Shown here: positions 35,181 to 44,157 of the stretch, piece after piece
Numbering within the stretch: position 1 is the first letter of the stretch
Layout of the letters: every line of letters starts with the position of its first letter
NCBI GenBank assembly: GCA_026391755.1
Contig: JAPLDN010000346.1
Location: 1 to 45,053 of the forward strand
Origin: Bacteroidota bacterium
GTDB lineage: Bacteria > Bacteroidota > Bacteroidia > Bacteroidales > FEN-979
Reading direction: 5' to 3'
DNA: 45,053 nt
Made by a program: the position numbers and the translations under genes
The notes under the pieces: generated by a model
Databases searched by the model: none
Told to the model about the DNA's origin: nothing
Seen by the model: the letters and a program-made list of their open reading frames with translations, nothing else

Positions 35181-35837
35181 ATGTTTAAAAACCCGGTTGT
35201 CGGCCTACTGATTACTGCTTTTCTTGTTCCTTTTCTAAACGGTCACTGCCAGGAAAGAGATACGGCCTCTAACACATTAAAATACTTTAATAAAACCGAG
35301 CTGGGGGTATCGTTCGGGATAGGGTCCTACCCCAACAATATATATAATGGAGTGACCTACAAATTGAAAAACGATGAGATCGTCGCCACACTGCAAACGG
35401 TCAATGGGGTTATGTACAACAACCGCTGGCTGCTTGGTGTAAGTGTGGGTGTGGAGAAGTGGAGATATGGACTGTTCTGGCCGGTTTACGGTTACCTGGG
35501 ATACAATTTCAAAAGGACTGACAATACTTTCTTTGCTAATATTTACCTTGGTTACGGAATAGGCACGAGGTATTCGCACGGAGGAGGCGAGTATGACCGT
35601 TCATCCGTTGCCGAAGGCAAGGGGGCATTTGCCCTGATGATAGGTGTGGGCTATAAAATGAAAGTTTCAAAAAGCATTAAGTTCGGTTACGAGATCTTTT
35701 ACAAATACCAGGCACTGAACACCAGTTACCAGAATATTTATCAGAAGAATGACTCCATCCCGCCGGTATCCAGTACGGTCAATTATAAGCTGGGCCTGCA
35801 TTTTGCGGGTTTCAAACTCGCAATATTTTTTCCCTGA
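35181..35837 (+). CDS. Hypothetical outer-membrane beta-barrel-like protein
   Basis: Signal peptide, alternating aromatic/Gly-rich strands (LGVSVGVEKW, FALMIGVGYKM, LGLHFAGFKLAIFF), and an aromatic C-terminus. Confidence 0.5.
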   Translation: MFKNPVVGLLITAFLVPFLNGHCQERDTASNTLKYFNKTELGVSFGIGSYPNNIYNGVTYKLKNDEIVATLQTVNGVMYNNRWLLGVSVGVEKWRYGLFWPVYGYLGYNFKRTDNTFFANIYLGYGIGTRYSHGGGEYDRSSVAEGKGAFALMIGVGYKMKVSKSIKFGYEIFYKYQALNTSYQNIYQKNDSIPPVSSTVNYKLGLHFAGFKLAIFFP

Positions 35838-35851
35838 GAAATTACTTCGGA

Positions 35852-37510
35852 TCAGATCCGGTCATACTCTTTCCTTCCGAACAGGAAGAAACAGTAGAAA
35901 AATGTAAAGAAGGTAACACCCATCTGGGATTCCAGGGTGTCTTCGGTAAGCATCGACAGGGTCGCTATGATCATAAATACCAGGAAAAAATAGTCGGTAA
36001 ACCCTCTCAGCCTCCATGCAGGATAAAACAATGCTATCAGGAACCAGACAAATCCAAAAACACCGAACCCGACAAAAATTGAAAGGAACTGGTTATGCGA
36101 TCTCCATCTCTGGTCGGGAGGCAGCTTGGAATTCATTTTTACATACTGCTGCTGGAAAGCCTCATTCATGTCGCCTGTTCCCACCCCGGTGAGCCAGTGT
36201 GTGCTTATAATTCCGAATGAAGCTTTCCAGAATTCTATTCTTTGCATCAGGGTATAACCGGTAGGATCGCCTGTTCGTTTGTACATTTCATATCCCCAGA
36301 GCAGTTCATATATCCTTGAGCGCATGCTGAACTGGTCGAGGAAAAGATAATTGGGCACCCCTCTTTCGATAGCCAGGATCTCTTCGGGGCTCAGGGCATT
36401 CACCCCACCGGCATCTTTTCGGAGGTTTTTAGAGGTAAGAAAACGGATAAGTGTAAATGTGATTTTTTCGCCGTTGACGCCATTGCTGTCGAAGGGTATT
36501 TTGCTTCTCAGGTTCCATGCATCCTTAAGCTCCCCGAACTGGCAGTAAAGATAGAGGTAGTTCCCATTTTCGGTCATAACGCTGGACCTGTTGTGCACAT
36601 AAGGATTTCCCCTGGAAGTAAGGCTGTCGAGCCGGGTTTTGTCAACCGGCTTTACTGCATAAAAATCTTTTACAACCCTTTGCATATAGAATGCCATACC
36701 CAGGGTAATCAGGACCATCGCAACGGCAAGCAACACCTTCAGGCCTGGCCGTTTTTGCCTGAACACAAGGATTGGCAGAAGTATCATGGCAGCAATGGCA
36801 AAAACGGCCAGGCCGGTAAATGATCTGCTTTTGAAAATATAAAAAATAAACCATGCCGAAACCAGGATAAACAGAACCTTGCTCCAGGCCGGAAATGATC
36901 GCCGGAATATGAACCAGGCCATAATAAATAAACCCAGCGCCAGCTCCAAACCCAGGATTATATGGGAAACGTTTCTTGAAACATCCCTTATATCGATGTA
37001 CCTCAGATGGTATATTTTCCAGGAATACATCAGGGTGCCAATCACCAGTGCAAGCAGGAACAGAAAGATGTAAGCATTAAACAGGTTTCTGCTGATGGGT
37101 TTTGAAGTCCCGAGGAACAGAGGGATAAGAAAAATCGGGGCCTTAGTCCTGAGATCCTTCAAAGCATAATCAAAATCGGTGGTAAATATCAACCCTGCGA
37201 CATGCAGGAGGTAAAGGGATAAAAAAACAAGAGCAGGTTTGTTCCGGTAAAGATCCCTGAATCCGCGTACGATCCCTTTGAAAAGAAAAACCAGTGCATA
37301 AGGAAGTATTAATCCTATCCGGCCCGGTATTGATTGCTTCTTAAGCAACCTCCCAAAACAGGCCGTATCATATCTCTGGAGTATCCAGGATCCGGCAAGA
37401 ACCATTTCGGACATGCTGATCACATACTTCGAAAAAGGAAGCATGGAGATCAGCCCGGCAAGGGCTACCAGGAATGAAAACCGGCAAAGATCAGCAAATG
37501 TTATTTTCAT
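35852..37510 (-). CDS. O-antigen ligase (Wzy_C)-like polytopic membrane protein with a large soluble loop
   Basis: More than 10 TM segments. A hydrophilic insert of about 180 aa is followed by WRSHNQFLSIFVGFGVFGFVWF, which resembles the O-antigen ligase/polymerase signature. Confidence 0.55.
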   Translation of the reverse strand: MKITFADLCRFSFLVALAGLISMLPFSKYVISMSEMVLAGSWILQRYDTACFGRLLKKQSIPGRIGLILPYALVFLFKGIVRGFRDLYRNKPALVFLSLYLLHVAGLIFTTDFDYALKDLRTKAPIFLIPLFLGTSKPISRNLFNAYIFLFLLALVIGTLMYSWKIYHLRYIDIRDVSRNVSHIILGLELALGLFIMAWFIFRRSFPAWSKVLFILVSAWFIFYIFKSRSFTGLAVFAIAAMILLPILVFRQKRPGLKVLLAVAMVLITLGMAFYMQRVVKDFYAVKPVDKTRLDSLTSRGNPYVHNRSSVMTENGNYLYLYCQFGELKDAWNLRSKIPFDSNGVNGEKITFTLIRFLTSKNLRKDAGGVNALSPEEILAIERGVPNYLFLDQFSMRSRIYELLWGYEMYKRTGDPTGYTLMQRIEFWKASFGIISTHWLTGVGTGDMNEAFQQQYVKMNSKLPPDQRWRSHNQFLSIFVGFGVFGFVWFLIALFYPAWRLRGFTDYFFLVFMIIATLSMLTEDTLESQMGVTFFTFFYCFFLFGRKEYDRI

Positions 37511-37516
37511 GCTTTC

Positions 37517-38332
37517 TCAGGCAAAGATCTTGGCCCTGCCTTTCCTGAGTTTGGTTTTAAAAATGAAAAACGAATCCGTCCCCCTGATGTCAATCCGCTT
37601 TACTTCATACTTCTGCGCCAGGGGGAAAGGATTTAGACGGTTCCCGATACGGAATGCAAGTGCAATGACCGATTCACTCAAAACTCCGAACATCTCCTTT
37701 TTAAATATAAGGTCTTTCTTCGGATAAGCACCGTAAGGATAAGCCAGGGCGCCGAAATACGGTATCTTGTAATATTCGAGGGACTGCCTGCAGTTCCCGA
37801 GATCTTCCCGTATATCATCGGAGTTCATCTCATTATACGAACGGTGAAGGAATGAGTGCAACCCTATCTCAATATGCGGATTTTGGGCTGCTTTTTGCAA
37901 GGATTCCGCCGACATAACAGGGATGCCACCATCATCCCAAAGGTTTGATTTCCCGATAAAGGCCACTGGCACAAACACAACGGCAGAGAAATCATACCGC
38001 TCGAGAAGGGGAATAAGCTTGTCTTCCAGGCTCACATAGGCATCATCAAAAGTCAATAGAAACGAACGCTTTGGCAGCCTGTCGCCTCCGTTTATCAGGG
38101 CCGACAATTGGTTAAGCGATATACTGTTGTACCCTTTTTCTTTCAGGTACATGAACTGAAGCTCCAGCTCACTATAAGGAATGTTCAGTCCATCGGCTTT
38201 CCCCTCAGAAATATTGTGATACATCAGCACGGGCAATCCTTTCCCGGGAGGGATCAGCAAGCTGTATTCGATGGTCAGGTAAACAAGAGCCAGGAAAAAT
38301 AAAACCGGTATAATAATTTCCAGTACTGTCAT
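37517..38332 (-). CDS. Polysaccharide deacetylase (NodB homology) family protein with an N-terminal TM
   Basis: LLTFDDAY and downstream His motifs (LHSFLH). Overlaps the GT2 stop (ATGA). Confidence 0.7.
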   Translation of the reverse strand: MTVLEIIIPVLFFLALVYLTIEYSLLIPPGKGLPVLMYHNISEGKADGLNIPYSELELQFMYLKEKGYNSISLNQLSALINGGDRLPKRSFLLTFDDAYVSLEDKLIPLLERYDFSAVVFVPVAFIGKSNLWDDGGIPVMSAESLQKAAQNPHIEIGLHSFLHRSYNEMNSDDIREDLGNCRQSLEYYKIPYFGALAYPYGAYPKKDLIFKKEMFGVLSESVIALAFRIGNRLNPFPLAQKYEVKRIDIRGTDSFFIFKTKLRKGRAKIFA

Positions 38333-39084
38333 TTTATTTTCTGAAGTTCGACGGTTTTCGCCATTTTCAAAGTGGCATAAAAGGCCGCAAGATAAGACCA
38401 GACAAAGCCCGGATAGCCGTCAAGAATGCCTCCCTTGAGAATATAAACAATGAAGAAGCTGACAGGAAATTTGCAGGCAACAGAAAATCCGGAATATCTT
38501 TTCCCCCTTTTTGAAAGTTCTTCTGCCGCCTGTGACGTATAGATGTTTATCTTTTCAAGATGATGGCTGATGTCCCTGTATGAGAGATGAAGGATACGTT
38601 TTTTTAGCTTACCCATGCTCCCGTCACATACAATGCCTTCGTGAACAGCTGTTGTGGTAAACCTGCCTTTGTTACGGTTGAACAGCCTGAGATGCATTTC
38701 ATGACCAAGCCCGCTATGCCTCATTATCCTTCCCATATAAACCAGGGAGAAGGGTATCGTATAAGCATCAAAAGGCAGAACCCCCGGCCCTGTCATCCCG
38801 GCGAGTTCTTCCTGAAGCTCTGACGTGAGAACCTCATCTGAATCTACCGAGAGCACCCAGTCGTTTGCGGCCTGGTCAACTGCAAATTGCTTCTGGCTTC
38901 CGTAACCGTCAAATTCCCGGAGAAAAACCCGGCATCCCTGCTCACGGCAGATTTCGGCGGTCCGGTCCGTTGACAGGGAATCCACCACGACTATTTCGGC
39001 AGCAAATGATTTCAGCGAATCGAGGCAGCGCCTGATTTTACCTTCTTCGTTTTTTGCTATAATGACCGCTGAAATTGATGGCAT
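38329..39084 (-). CDS. Family 2 glycosyltransferase (LPS-core-type)
   Basis: SAVIIAKNEE, VVVDSLSTDRT and SVDSDE motifs. Confidence 0.8.
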   Translation of the reverse strand: MPSISAVIIAKNEEGKIRRCLDSLKSFAAEIVVVDSLSTDRTAEICREQGCRVFLREFDGYGSQKQFAVDQAANDWVLSVDSDEVLTSELQEELAGMTGPGVLPFDAYTIPFSLVYMGRIMRHSGLGHEMHLRLFNRNKGRFTTTAVHEGIVCDGSMGKLKKRILHLSYRDISHHLEKINIYTSQAAEELSKRGKRYSGFSVACKFPVSFFIVYILKGGILDGYPGFVWSYLAAFYATLKMAKTVELQKIK

Positions 39085-39088
39085 ATAA

Positions 39089-39883
39089 CTAAAGTTCTAT
39101 ACTAAACCTGTCCCAGTCCATTCCAAGCGTAAAAGACACCCTGTATAATTCAAGGTCCTGCTTTGAAAGTGTAACAATATTCACCGCTTCTTCTCCCGGG
39201 GATGCCGAAGACAGGATTTTCCCTTTGCTGTCAACAGCCATTGAATCTCCCGAATGACTGGTGCCGTGACCGTCTTCCCCAATCCTGTTAACCCCGATGC
39301 AGTAAACCTGGTTTTCCATAGCCCTGGCGGTAAGAAGCGTTTTCCATACGTTCGAACGGCTCGCAGGCCAGTTGGCTACATAAACAAGTACATCATATTC
39401 ATACCTTTCATCAGAATAGGTGTTTTTACTCCATACAGGGAACCTGAGATCATAACAAACCAGGGGGCGTATCTTCCAGCCTTTCACATTCACTACCAAC
39501 CGCTGGTCCCCTCCGCTGATGATCCTGGATTCTTCGCTTAAACGGAACAAATGCCGTTTATCGTATGTTTCCACTTTCCCTCCGGGATGAACGGCAACAA
39601 GACGGTTGAAAAATCCCTTGCCCGTTTTAACCAGGAGACTTCCTATAATCACAGCATCCAGATCTCCGGCTTTTTTAATAAGATAAGCTACCCCACTGCC
39701 ATTCATCTCTTCGGCAAAAGCTTCAGGGTTTATCGAAAACCCGGTATTGAACATTTCAGGTAAAATGACCAGGTCAACCCCTTCATTCAATTTTGCAAAA
39801 TGCTCATCGAAACGGTTCAGGTTAGCCGCTTTGTCCTCCCAGTAAAGGCCGGTCTGAATATAGGCCACTTTTAAATCCGGCAT
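39089..39883 (-). CDS. Carbon-nitrogen hydrolase family amidase (omega-amidase/YafV-like)
   Basis: Catalytic E/K/C context: ILPEMF, YDKRHLF, VCYDLRFP. I use the ATG at 39883 (MPDLKVAYIQ). The track extension to 39976 would abut the pgk start. Confidence 0.8.
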   Translation of the reverse strand: MPDLKVAYIQTGLYWEDKAANLNRFDEHFAKLNEGVDLVILPEMFNTGFSINPEAFAEEMNGSGVAYLIKKAGDLDAVIIGSLLVKTGKGFFNRLVAVHPGGKVETYDKRHLFRLSEESRIISGGDQRLVVNVKGWKIRPLVCYDLRFPVWSKNTYSDERYEYDVLVYVANWPASRSNVWKTLLTARAMENQVYCIGVNRIGEDGHGTSHSGDSMAVDSKGKILSSASPGEEAVNIVTLSKQDLELYRVSFTLGMDWDRFSIEL

Positions 39884-39945
39884 TAAGAAATTATTGAATT
39901 TCAGGGTAAAATTAAAAAGATATGCATTGTGCGGGGTAAAAATTT

Positions 39946-39953
39946 TAATTTTG
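39946..39953 (+). promoter_or_regulatory. Candidate -7 box TAATTTTG for pgk
   Basis: Exact motif, 23 nt before the ATG at 39977. Confidence 0.35.
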
Positions 39954-39976
39954 CCGGTGTTTAAAATACTAATCAT

Positions 39977-41167
39977 ATGAAAACTATTGATGATTTTAAT
40001 TTTGCAGGTAAACGTGCGCTGATAAGGGTTGATTTCAATGTTCCCCTTGATGCCCAGTATAATATAACAGACGGGACCAGGATAGATGCCACTATCCCCA
40101 CGATCAACAAGATCCTGAGCGGGGGTGGTTCGGTTATCCTAATGTCACACCTTGGCAGGCCGAAAGGCGGCCCTGAAGAAAAGTTTTCCCTCAAGCATAT
40201 TCTTCCTTACCTGTCGGATAAACTGAACCGTCCGGTTCAGTTTGCTGATGACTGCATTGGGGAATCGGCTGTTACGCTTTCAGCTGCACTTAAACCAGGC
40301 GATGTTCTTCTTCTCGAAAACCTGAGGTTCTATAAGGAAGAGGAAAAAGGTGACGAAGCTTTTGCAGGTAAACTCGCGAAACTTGGCGATATATATGTAA
40401 ATGATGCTTTCGGAACGGCCCACCGTGCACATGCTTCCACTGCCATAATTGCCAAATTTTTCCCTGAAACGAAAATGTTCGGTTATGTAATGGGAAGCGA
40501 AATCCTTAACCTGGATAAATGTGTGAAGGATGCACAGCGTCCCTTTACTGCCATTCTCGGCGGTGCAAAGGTTTCTACGAAAATCGAGATCATCAATCAC
40601 CTGATGGACAAAGTCGACAACCTGATCATTGGAGGCGGGATGATGTTTACGTTTATCAGGGCCCTCGGTGGTGAAACAGGAGCGTCCCTCGTTGAAGACG
40701 AATACATCGAACTTGCAAAGAACATCATTGAAGGCGCCAAATCGCTAGGAGTGAACCTGTATATTCCTCCGGATGCAATTATTGCCGATGCGTTTTCCAA
40801 CGATGCCAATAAAAAACTATCCAGCGCTTATGATATCCCCTTACCCTGGCTCGGCCTTGACATAGGTCCTTCTTCTATCACAAAGTTCAGTCATGTCATT
40901 GAGAAATCCTCCACCATTCTATGGAATGGCCCAATGGGGGTTTTTGAGATGAACAACTATGAAGAAGGCACAAAAAGCATTGCTCTGGCCATTGCCGAGG
41001 CGACTGCCAATGGCTCATTTTCACTGGTTGGCGGAGGGGATTCCGTCGCTGCTATAAATAAATATGAGCTGGCAGATAAGGTCAGCTATGTATCTACAGG
41101 TGGTGGCGCAATGCTGGAATACATTGAAGGCAAGGAATTGCCCGGCATTAAAGCAATACTGGAATAA
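39977..41167 (+). CDS. pgk: Phosphoglycerate kinase
   Basis: [40 protein letters not shown]. Confidence 0.95.
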   Translation: MKTIDDFNFAGKRALIRVDFNVPLDAQYNITDGTRIDATIPTINKILSGGGSVILMSHLGRPKGGPEEKFSLKHILPYLSDKLNRPVQFADDCIGESAVTLSAALKPGDVLLLENLRFYKEEEKGDEAFAGKLAKLGDIYVNDAFGTAHRAHASTAIIAKFFPETKMFGYVMGSEILNLDKCVKDAQRPFTAILGGAKVSTKIEIINHLMDKVDNLIIGGGMMFTFIRALGGETGASLVEDEYIELAKNIIEGAKSLGVNLYIPPDAIIADAFSNDANKKLSSAYDIPLPWLGLDIGPSSITKFSHVIEKSSTILWNGPMGVFEMNNYEEGTKSIALAIAEATANGSFSLVGGGDSVAAINKYELADKVSYVSTGGGAMLEYIEGKELPGIKAILE

Positions 41168-41178
41168 AGACACCTTTT

Positions 41179-41709
41179 TTACCTGGAATTGCCCGGCTTC
41201 TTCTCATCATTCAGAAATGGAAAATGAATGCTTGTTCCCAGGCCTGACATTATTTTTGGAAAGACCTGCTCGACGGTAATCATTGTAAGAGATCCATTGC
41301 GGTCATCGGCAGTGATCCATTTCTGTTTTTTATCCACGGCAAAAAGGATAAACAGAATAATACTTGCCAGGATCACCCCTTTGATAAGCCCAAGCAATGC
41401 CCCGGCCAGTTTATTAAAGATCCCCATTCCAACCAGATCAACGATCTTTTCCATCACCTTTGCAACCATAAGCACAAGGATTACCACGACAAGAAAAGTG
41501 AGCGAAAATGAAAGAATGGGAAGCCAGGTTTTTGAAGGATGAAAATTGTCCTGCAGAATAGCCTGTATGAAATTTGAAAAATGAACCGCGAGATAGATAC
41601 CGAGGATAAGCGCGGCCAGTGAAGCCAGGCTGATGATAAACCCTTTGCGGAAACCGTTTATGACAAACAGGGCCAGAAAGCCCAGGATAAGAACATCAAA
41701 AAAATTCAT
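41179..41709 (-). CDS. cvpA: CvpA family membrane protein
   Basis: MNFFDVLILGFLALFVINGFRKGFI start and four TM segments. Overlaps the mlaF-like stop (ATGA). Confidence 0.7.
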   Translation of the reverse strand: MNFFDVLILGFLALFVINGFRKGFIISLASLAALILGIYLAVHFSNFIQAILQDNFHPSKTWLPILSFSLTFLVVVILVLMVAKVMEKIVDLVGMGIFNKLAGALLGLIKGVILASIILFILFAVDKKQKWITADDRNGSLTMITVEQVFPKIMSGLGTSIHFPFLNDEKKPGNSR

Positions 41710-42452
41710 TTTCTAAGTCTTTTGGTTAGCTCTGTCCCGAATACAAAATCATTCAATTCCTTATTCCCCATATGGAGGATCTCCTCCTTATTTCCCGACC
41801 ACCAGATCTGGCCCTGGTAAATGAATTCAATGGAATCCCCTATTGAAAGGACAGAATTCATATCATGGGTATTGACGATGGTCGTAATGCCATATTCATA
41901 AGTTAGCTCCTGGATCAGCAGGTCGATCACATTGGAAGTTTGAGGATCGAGGCCGGAATTCGGTTCGTCGCAGAAGAGGTATTTTGGATTCATGACGATC
42001 GCCCTCGCAATAGCCACTCGCTTTTTCATTCCCCCGCTGAGTTCCGAAGGCATTAACTTATTACTGTTTACCAGGTTGACACGTTTCAGTACGAAATTCA
42101 CCCTTTCAATTTTTTCCTCCACTGATTTTCCGGTAAACATATTCAGCGGGAACATTACGTTTCCTTCGACGGTCATTGAATCGAACAATGCGGCGCCCTG
42201 GAACAGCATTCCGAGTTCCTGGCGGATCTCCTTTCGCTGTTCGATATTCATGGCCGAGAAGTTCCTGTTGTCGTAAAGTACCTGGCCATTGTCGACTTCA
42301 AACAGGCCCACCAGGCATTTCATCAGGACGGTCTTGCCTGAACCGCTCTGGCCGATGATGAGGTTGGTTTTTCCGGGATGGAATTTACATGAGACATCAC
42401 GGAGAACATGGTTGTCCCCGAAAAACTTGTTGATGTTCCTTCCTTCTATCAT
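41706..42452 (-). CDS. mlaF: ABC transporter ATP-binding protein (MlaF-like)
   Basis: Walker A GQSGSGKT, signature LSGGMKKRVAIARA, Walker B LFCDEP. Confidence 0.85.
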   Translation of the reverse strand: MIEGRNINKFFGDNHVLRDVSCKFHPGKTNLIIGQSGSGKTVLMKCLVGLFEVDNGQVLYDNRNFSAMNIEQRKEIRQELGMLFQGAALFDSMTVEGNVMFPLNMFTGKSVEEKIERVNFVLKRVNLVNSNKLMPSELSGGMKKRVAIARAIVMNPKYLFCDEPNSGLDPQTSNVIDLLIQELTYEYGITTIVNTHDMNSVLSIGDSIEFIYQGQIWWSGNKEEILHMGNKELNDFVFGTELTKRLRK

Positions 42453-43192
42453 CCCAGCAGGAGTTGAGTGAGGACAAGGTTGAACAGGATGATGACGATA
42501 CTGCTGACCACCACCGCTTTGGTACTGGCCTGGCCTACTTCAAGGGCTCCGCCCTGGGTCTGGTAACCGAAAAATCCGGAGACCGAGGCAATGATGAAAG
42601 CAAAAAAGATTGTCTTCGTGAGGGCATAAAAAATCGTGAAGGCCTCAAAATCAATCCGGATCCCATGAATATAGTCATGCATGCTGACAAGTTTCGAAAA
42701 CATCATTGCGGCCCCTCCGCCAATAATGCCAAGCCACATACTGAATACGATCAGCACCGGGTATATCAGGATGGAAGCAACGACCTTTGGAAAAATGAGG
42801 TAGTTGGCCGAATTTACTCCCATGATCTCGAGAGCATCGATCTGCTCGGTAACCCTCATGGTACCTATTTGTGAGGCTATGCGCGATCCGACTTTGCCGG
42901 CCAGGATGAGACTGATTACTGTGGGTGAAAACTCGAGGATAATCGATTGCCGTGTGGTGAACCCAACCATCGACATAGGAATGAGGGGGCTGTCAATGTT
43001 ATAGGCAGTCTGAATGGCAACGACTGCTCCCATGAATATCGAAATGAAGGCTACTATGCCTATGGAATCCAGCCCCAGCTGGTCGATCTCAAAAAAAAGC
43101 TGCTGCCAGAACAGCTTGCCTTTCTGGGGTTTTGTGAGAACGCGCCGCATAAGCAGCACATAACTTCCTAGGGTTGAGAGGGGCCTTAACAT
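42449..43192 (-). CDS. mlaE: MlaE/YrbE family ABC transporter permease
   Basis: 247 aa. QLGLDSIGIVAFISIFMGAVVAIQ and MRVTEQIDALEIMG motifs. Confidence 0.8.
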   Translation of the reverse strand: MLRPLSTLGSYVLLMRRVLTKPQKGKLFWQQLFFEIDQLGLDSIGIVAFISIFMGAVVAIQTAYNIDSPLIPMSMVGFTTRQSIILEFSPTVISLILAGKVGSRIASQIGTMRVTEQIDALEIMGVNSANYLIFPKVVASILIYPVLIVFSMWLGIIGGGAAMMFSKLVSMHDYIHGIRIDFEAFTIFYALTKTIFFAFIIASVSGFFGYQTQGGALEVGQASTKAVVVSSIVIILFNLVLTQLLLG

Positions 43193-43272
43193 AAATCAAC
43201 TGCTAAGATACCATTTTTATTAAAATTAACGTTTTAATGGGGAATCTGGTATTTTTACACTGTTGATAAACT

Positions 43273-43452
43273 ATGCGGAAGTTTTTAATTCGGTGGTGGT
43301 TTTTCCTGATCTTTGCAATGGTGCTCATCGTTGCGGCTTCTTCCTGTTCATCCCAGCGATACCCATCCCGTTCAAAACAAAAACATCCGAAAAATTGCAA
43401 CTGCCCTTCATTCGGCTATTTGAAAGCAAGCCCGACAACCTTTACCTGCTGA
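43273..43452 (+). CDS. Candidate 59-aa lipoprotein (below the ORF-track length cutoff)
   Basis: ATG-initiated: MRKFLIRWWFFLIFAMVLIVAASSCSSQRYPSRSKQKHPKNCNCPSFGYLKASPTTFTC, with TGA at 43450-43452. It shows a textbook n/h/c signal with lipobox AASS|C. A TATTTTTA box lies about 15 nt upstream. It conflicts, in another frame, with the TTG-extended SprT ORF. Confidence 0.35.
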   Translation: MRKFLIRWWFFLIFAMVLIVAASSCSSQRYPSRSKQKHPKNCNCPSFGYLKASPTTFTC

Positions 43453-44126
43453 GCCCTGCAAAAATTGAAAGGCTGTTCGGGAACTTTATCCCGGAGGCAG
43501 CCATGGATATGCTCATAGTTTGCCTGCAGGGACATTCTCTTGATTGCAGGATCTCCCGCAAGCGATCAACCAAGGCAGGGGATTTTCGCCCGCCAAGAAA
43601 CGGCCAGCCTGCCAGGATCACTGTTAACGGAGATCTCAATCCTTACGCTTTTCTTCTCACCCTGATACATGAAATAGCACATTTCTTCGTTTACCTGGAT
43701 ACCGAAAAGGCTAATATATTTTTAATACGAAAACACAGGCCCCTGCCTCACGGAAAGGAATGGAAAAAACGCTTTACCGGGCTGATCCAGCCATTTTTAA
43801 GCATGAATGTGTTCCCGCTTGAAGTTGAAAATGCCCTGGTCTCTTATTTTGAAGCCCCGAAAGCATCCGCTTCCGCCGACAGCAGGCTTCAGAGGTTATT
43901 GCAGGCTTACGACCCTCCCGGGGAATATATAAGGATTACAGAGATTCCTGAAGGGGGACTTTTCATGACAGGATCAGGAAGAATTTTCGTGAAAATGGAC
44001 AGGTTGAGGAAGCGCTACCGCTGCAAGTGTTTCAAATCCCGGAAGATGTATCTTTTCAGCCCTGAAGCAATGATTTTGCCGGTGAAAAGCGAGAGGGAGG
44101 AAAAATATTGTAATTCGTCGGGATAA
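43395..44126 (+). CDS. SprT-like zinc metalloprotease domain protein (start uncertain)
   Basis: HExxH in LTLIHEIAHFFVY, followed by PHGKEWK and FEAPKASASAD, typical of Bacteroidota SprT-like proteins. In-frame candidate starts are TTG 43263 (track), GTG 43293 and 43296, TTG 43395 and ATG 43503. The stop at 44126 is firm. Confidence 0.65.
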   Translation: MQLPFIRLFESKPDNLYLLSPAKIERLFGNFIPEAAMDMLIVCLQGHSLDCRISRKRSTKAGDFRPPRNGQPARITVNGDLNPYAFLLTLIHEIAHFFVYLDTEKANIFLIRKHRPLPHGKEWKKRFTGLIQPFLSMNVFPLEVENALVSYFEAPKASASADSRLQRLLQAYDPPGEYIRITEIPEGGLFMTGSGRIFVKMDRLRKRYRCKCFKSRKMYLFSPEAMILPVKSEREEKYCNSSG

Positions 44127-44130
44127 TAAT

Positions 44131-44138
44131 TATGTTTG
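44131..44138 (+). promoter_or_regulatory. Candidate -7 box TATGTTTG for manC
   Basis: Exact TAnnTTTG match, 19 nt before the ATG at 44158. Confidence 0.3.
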
Positions 44139-44157
44139 CAATAGAATAACAGAGGAT

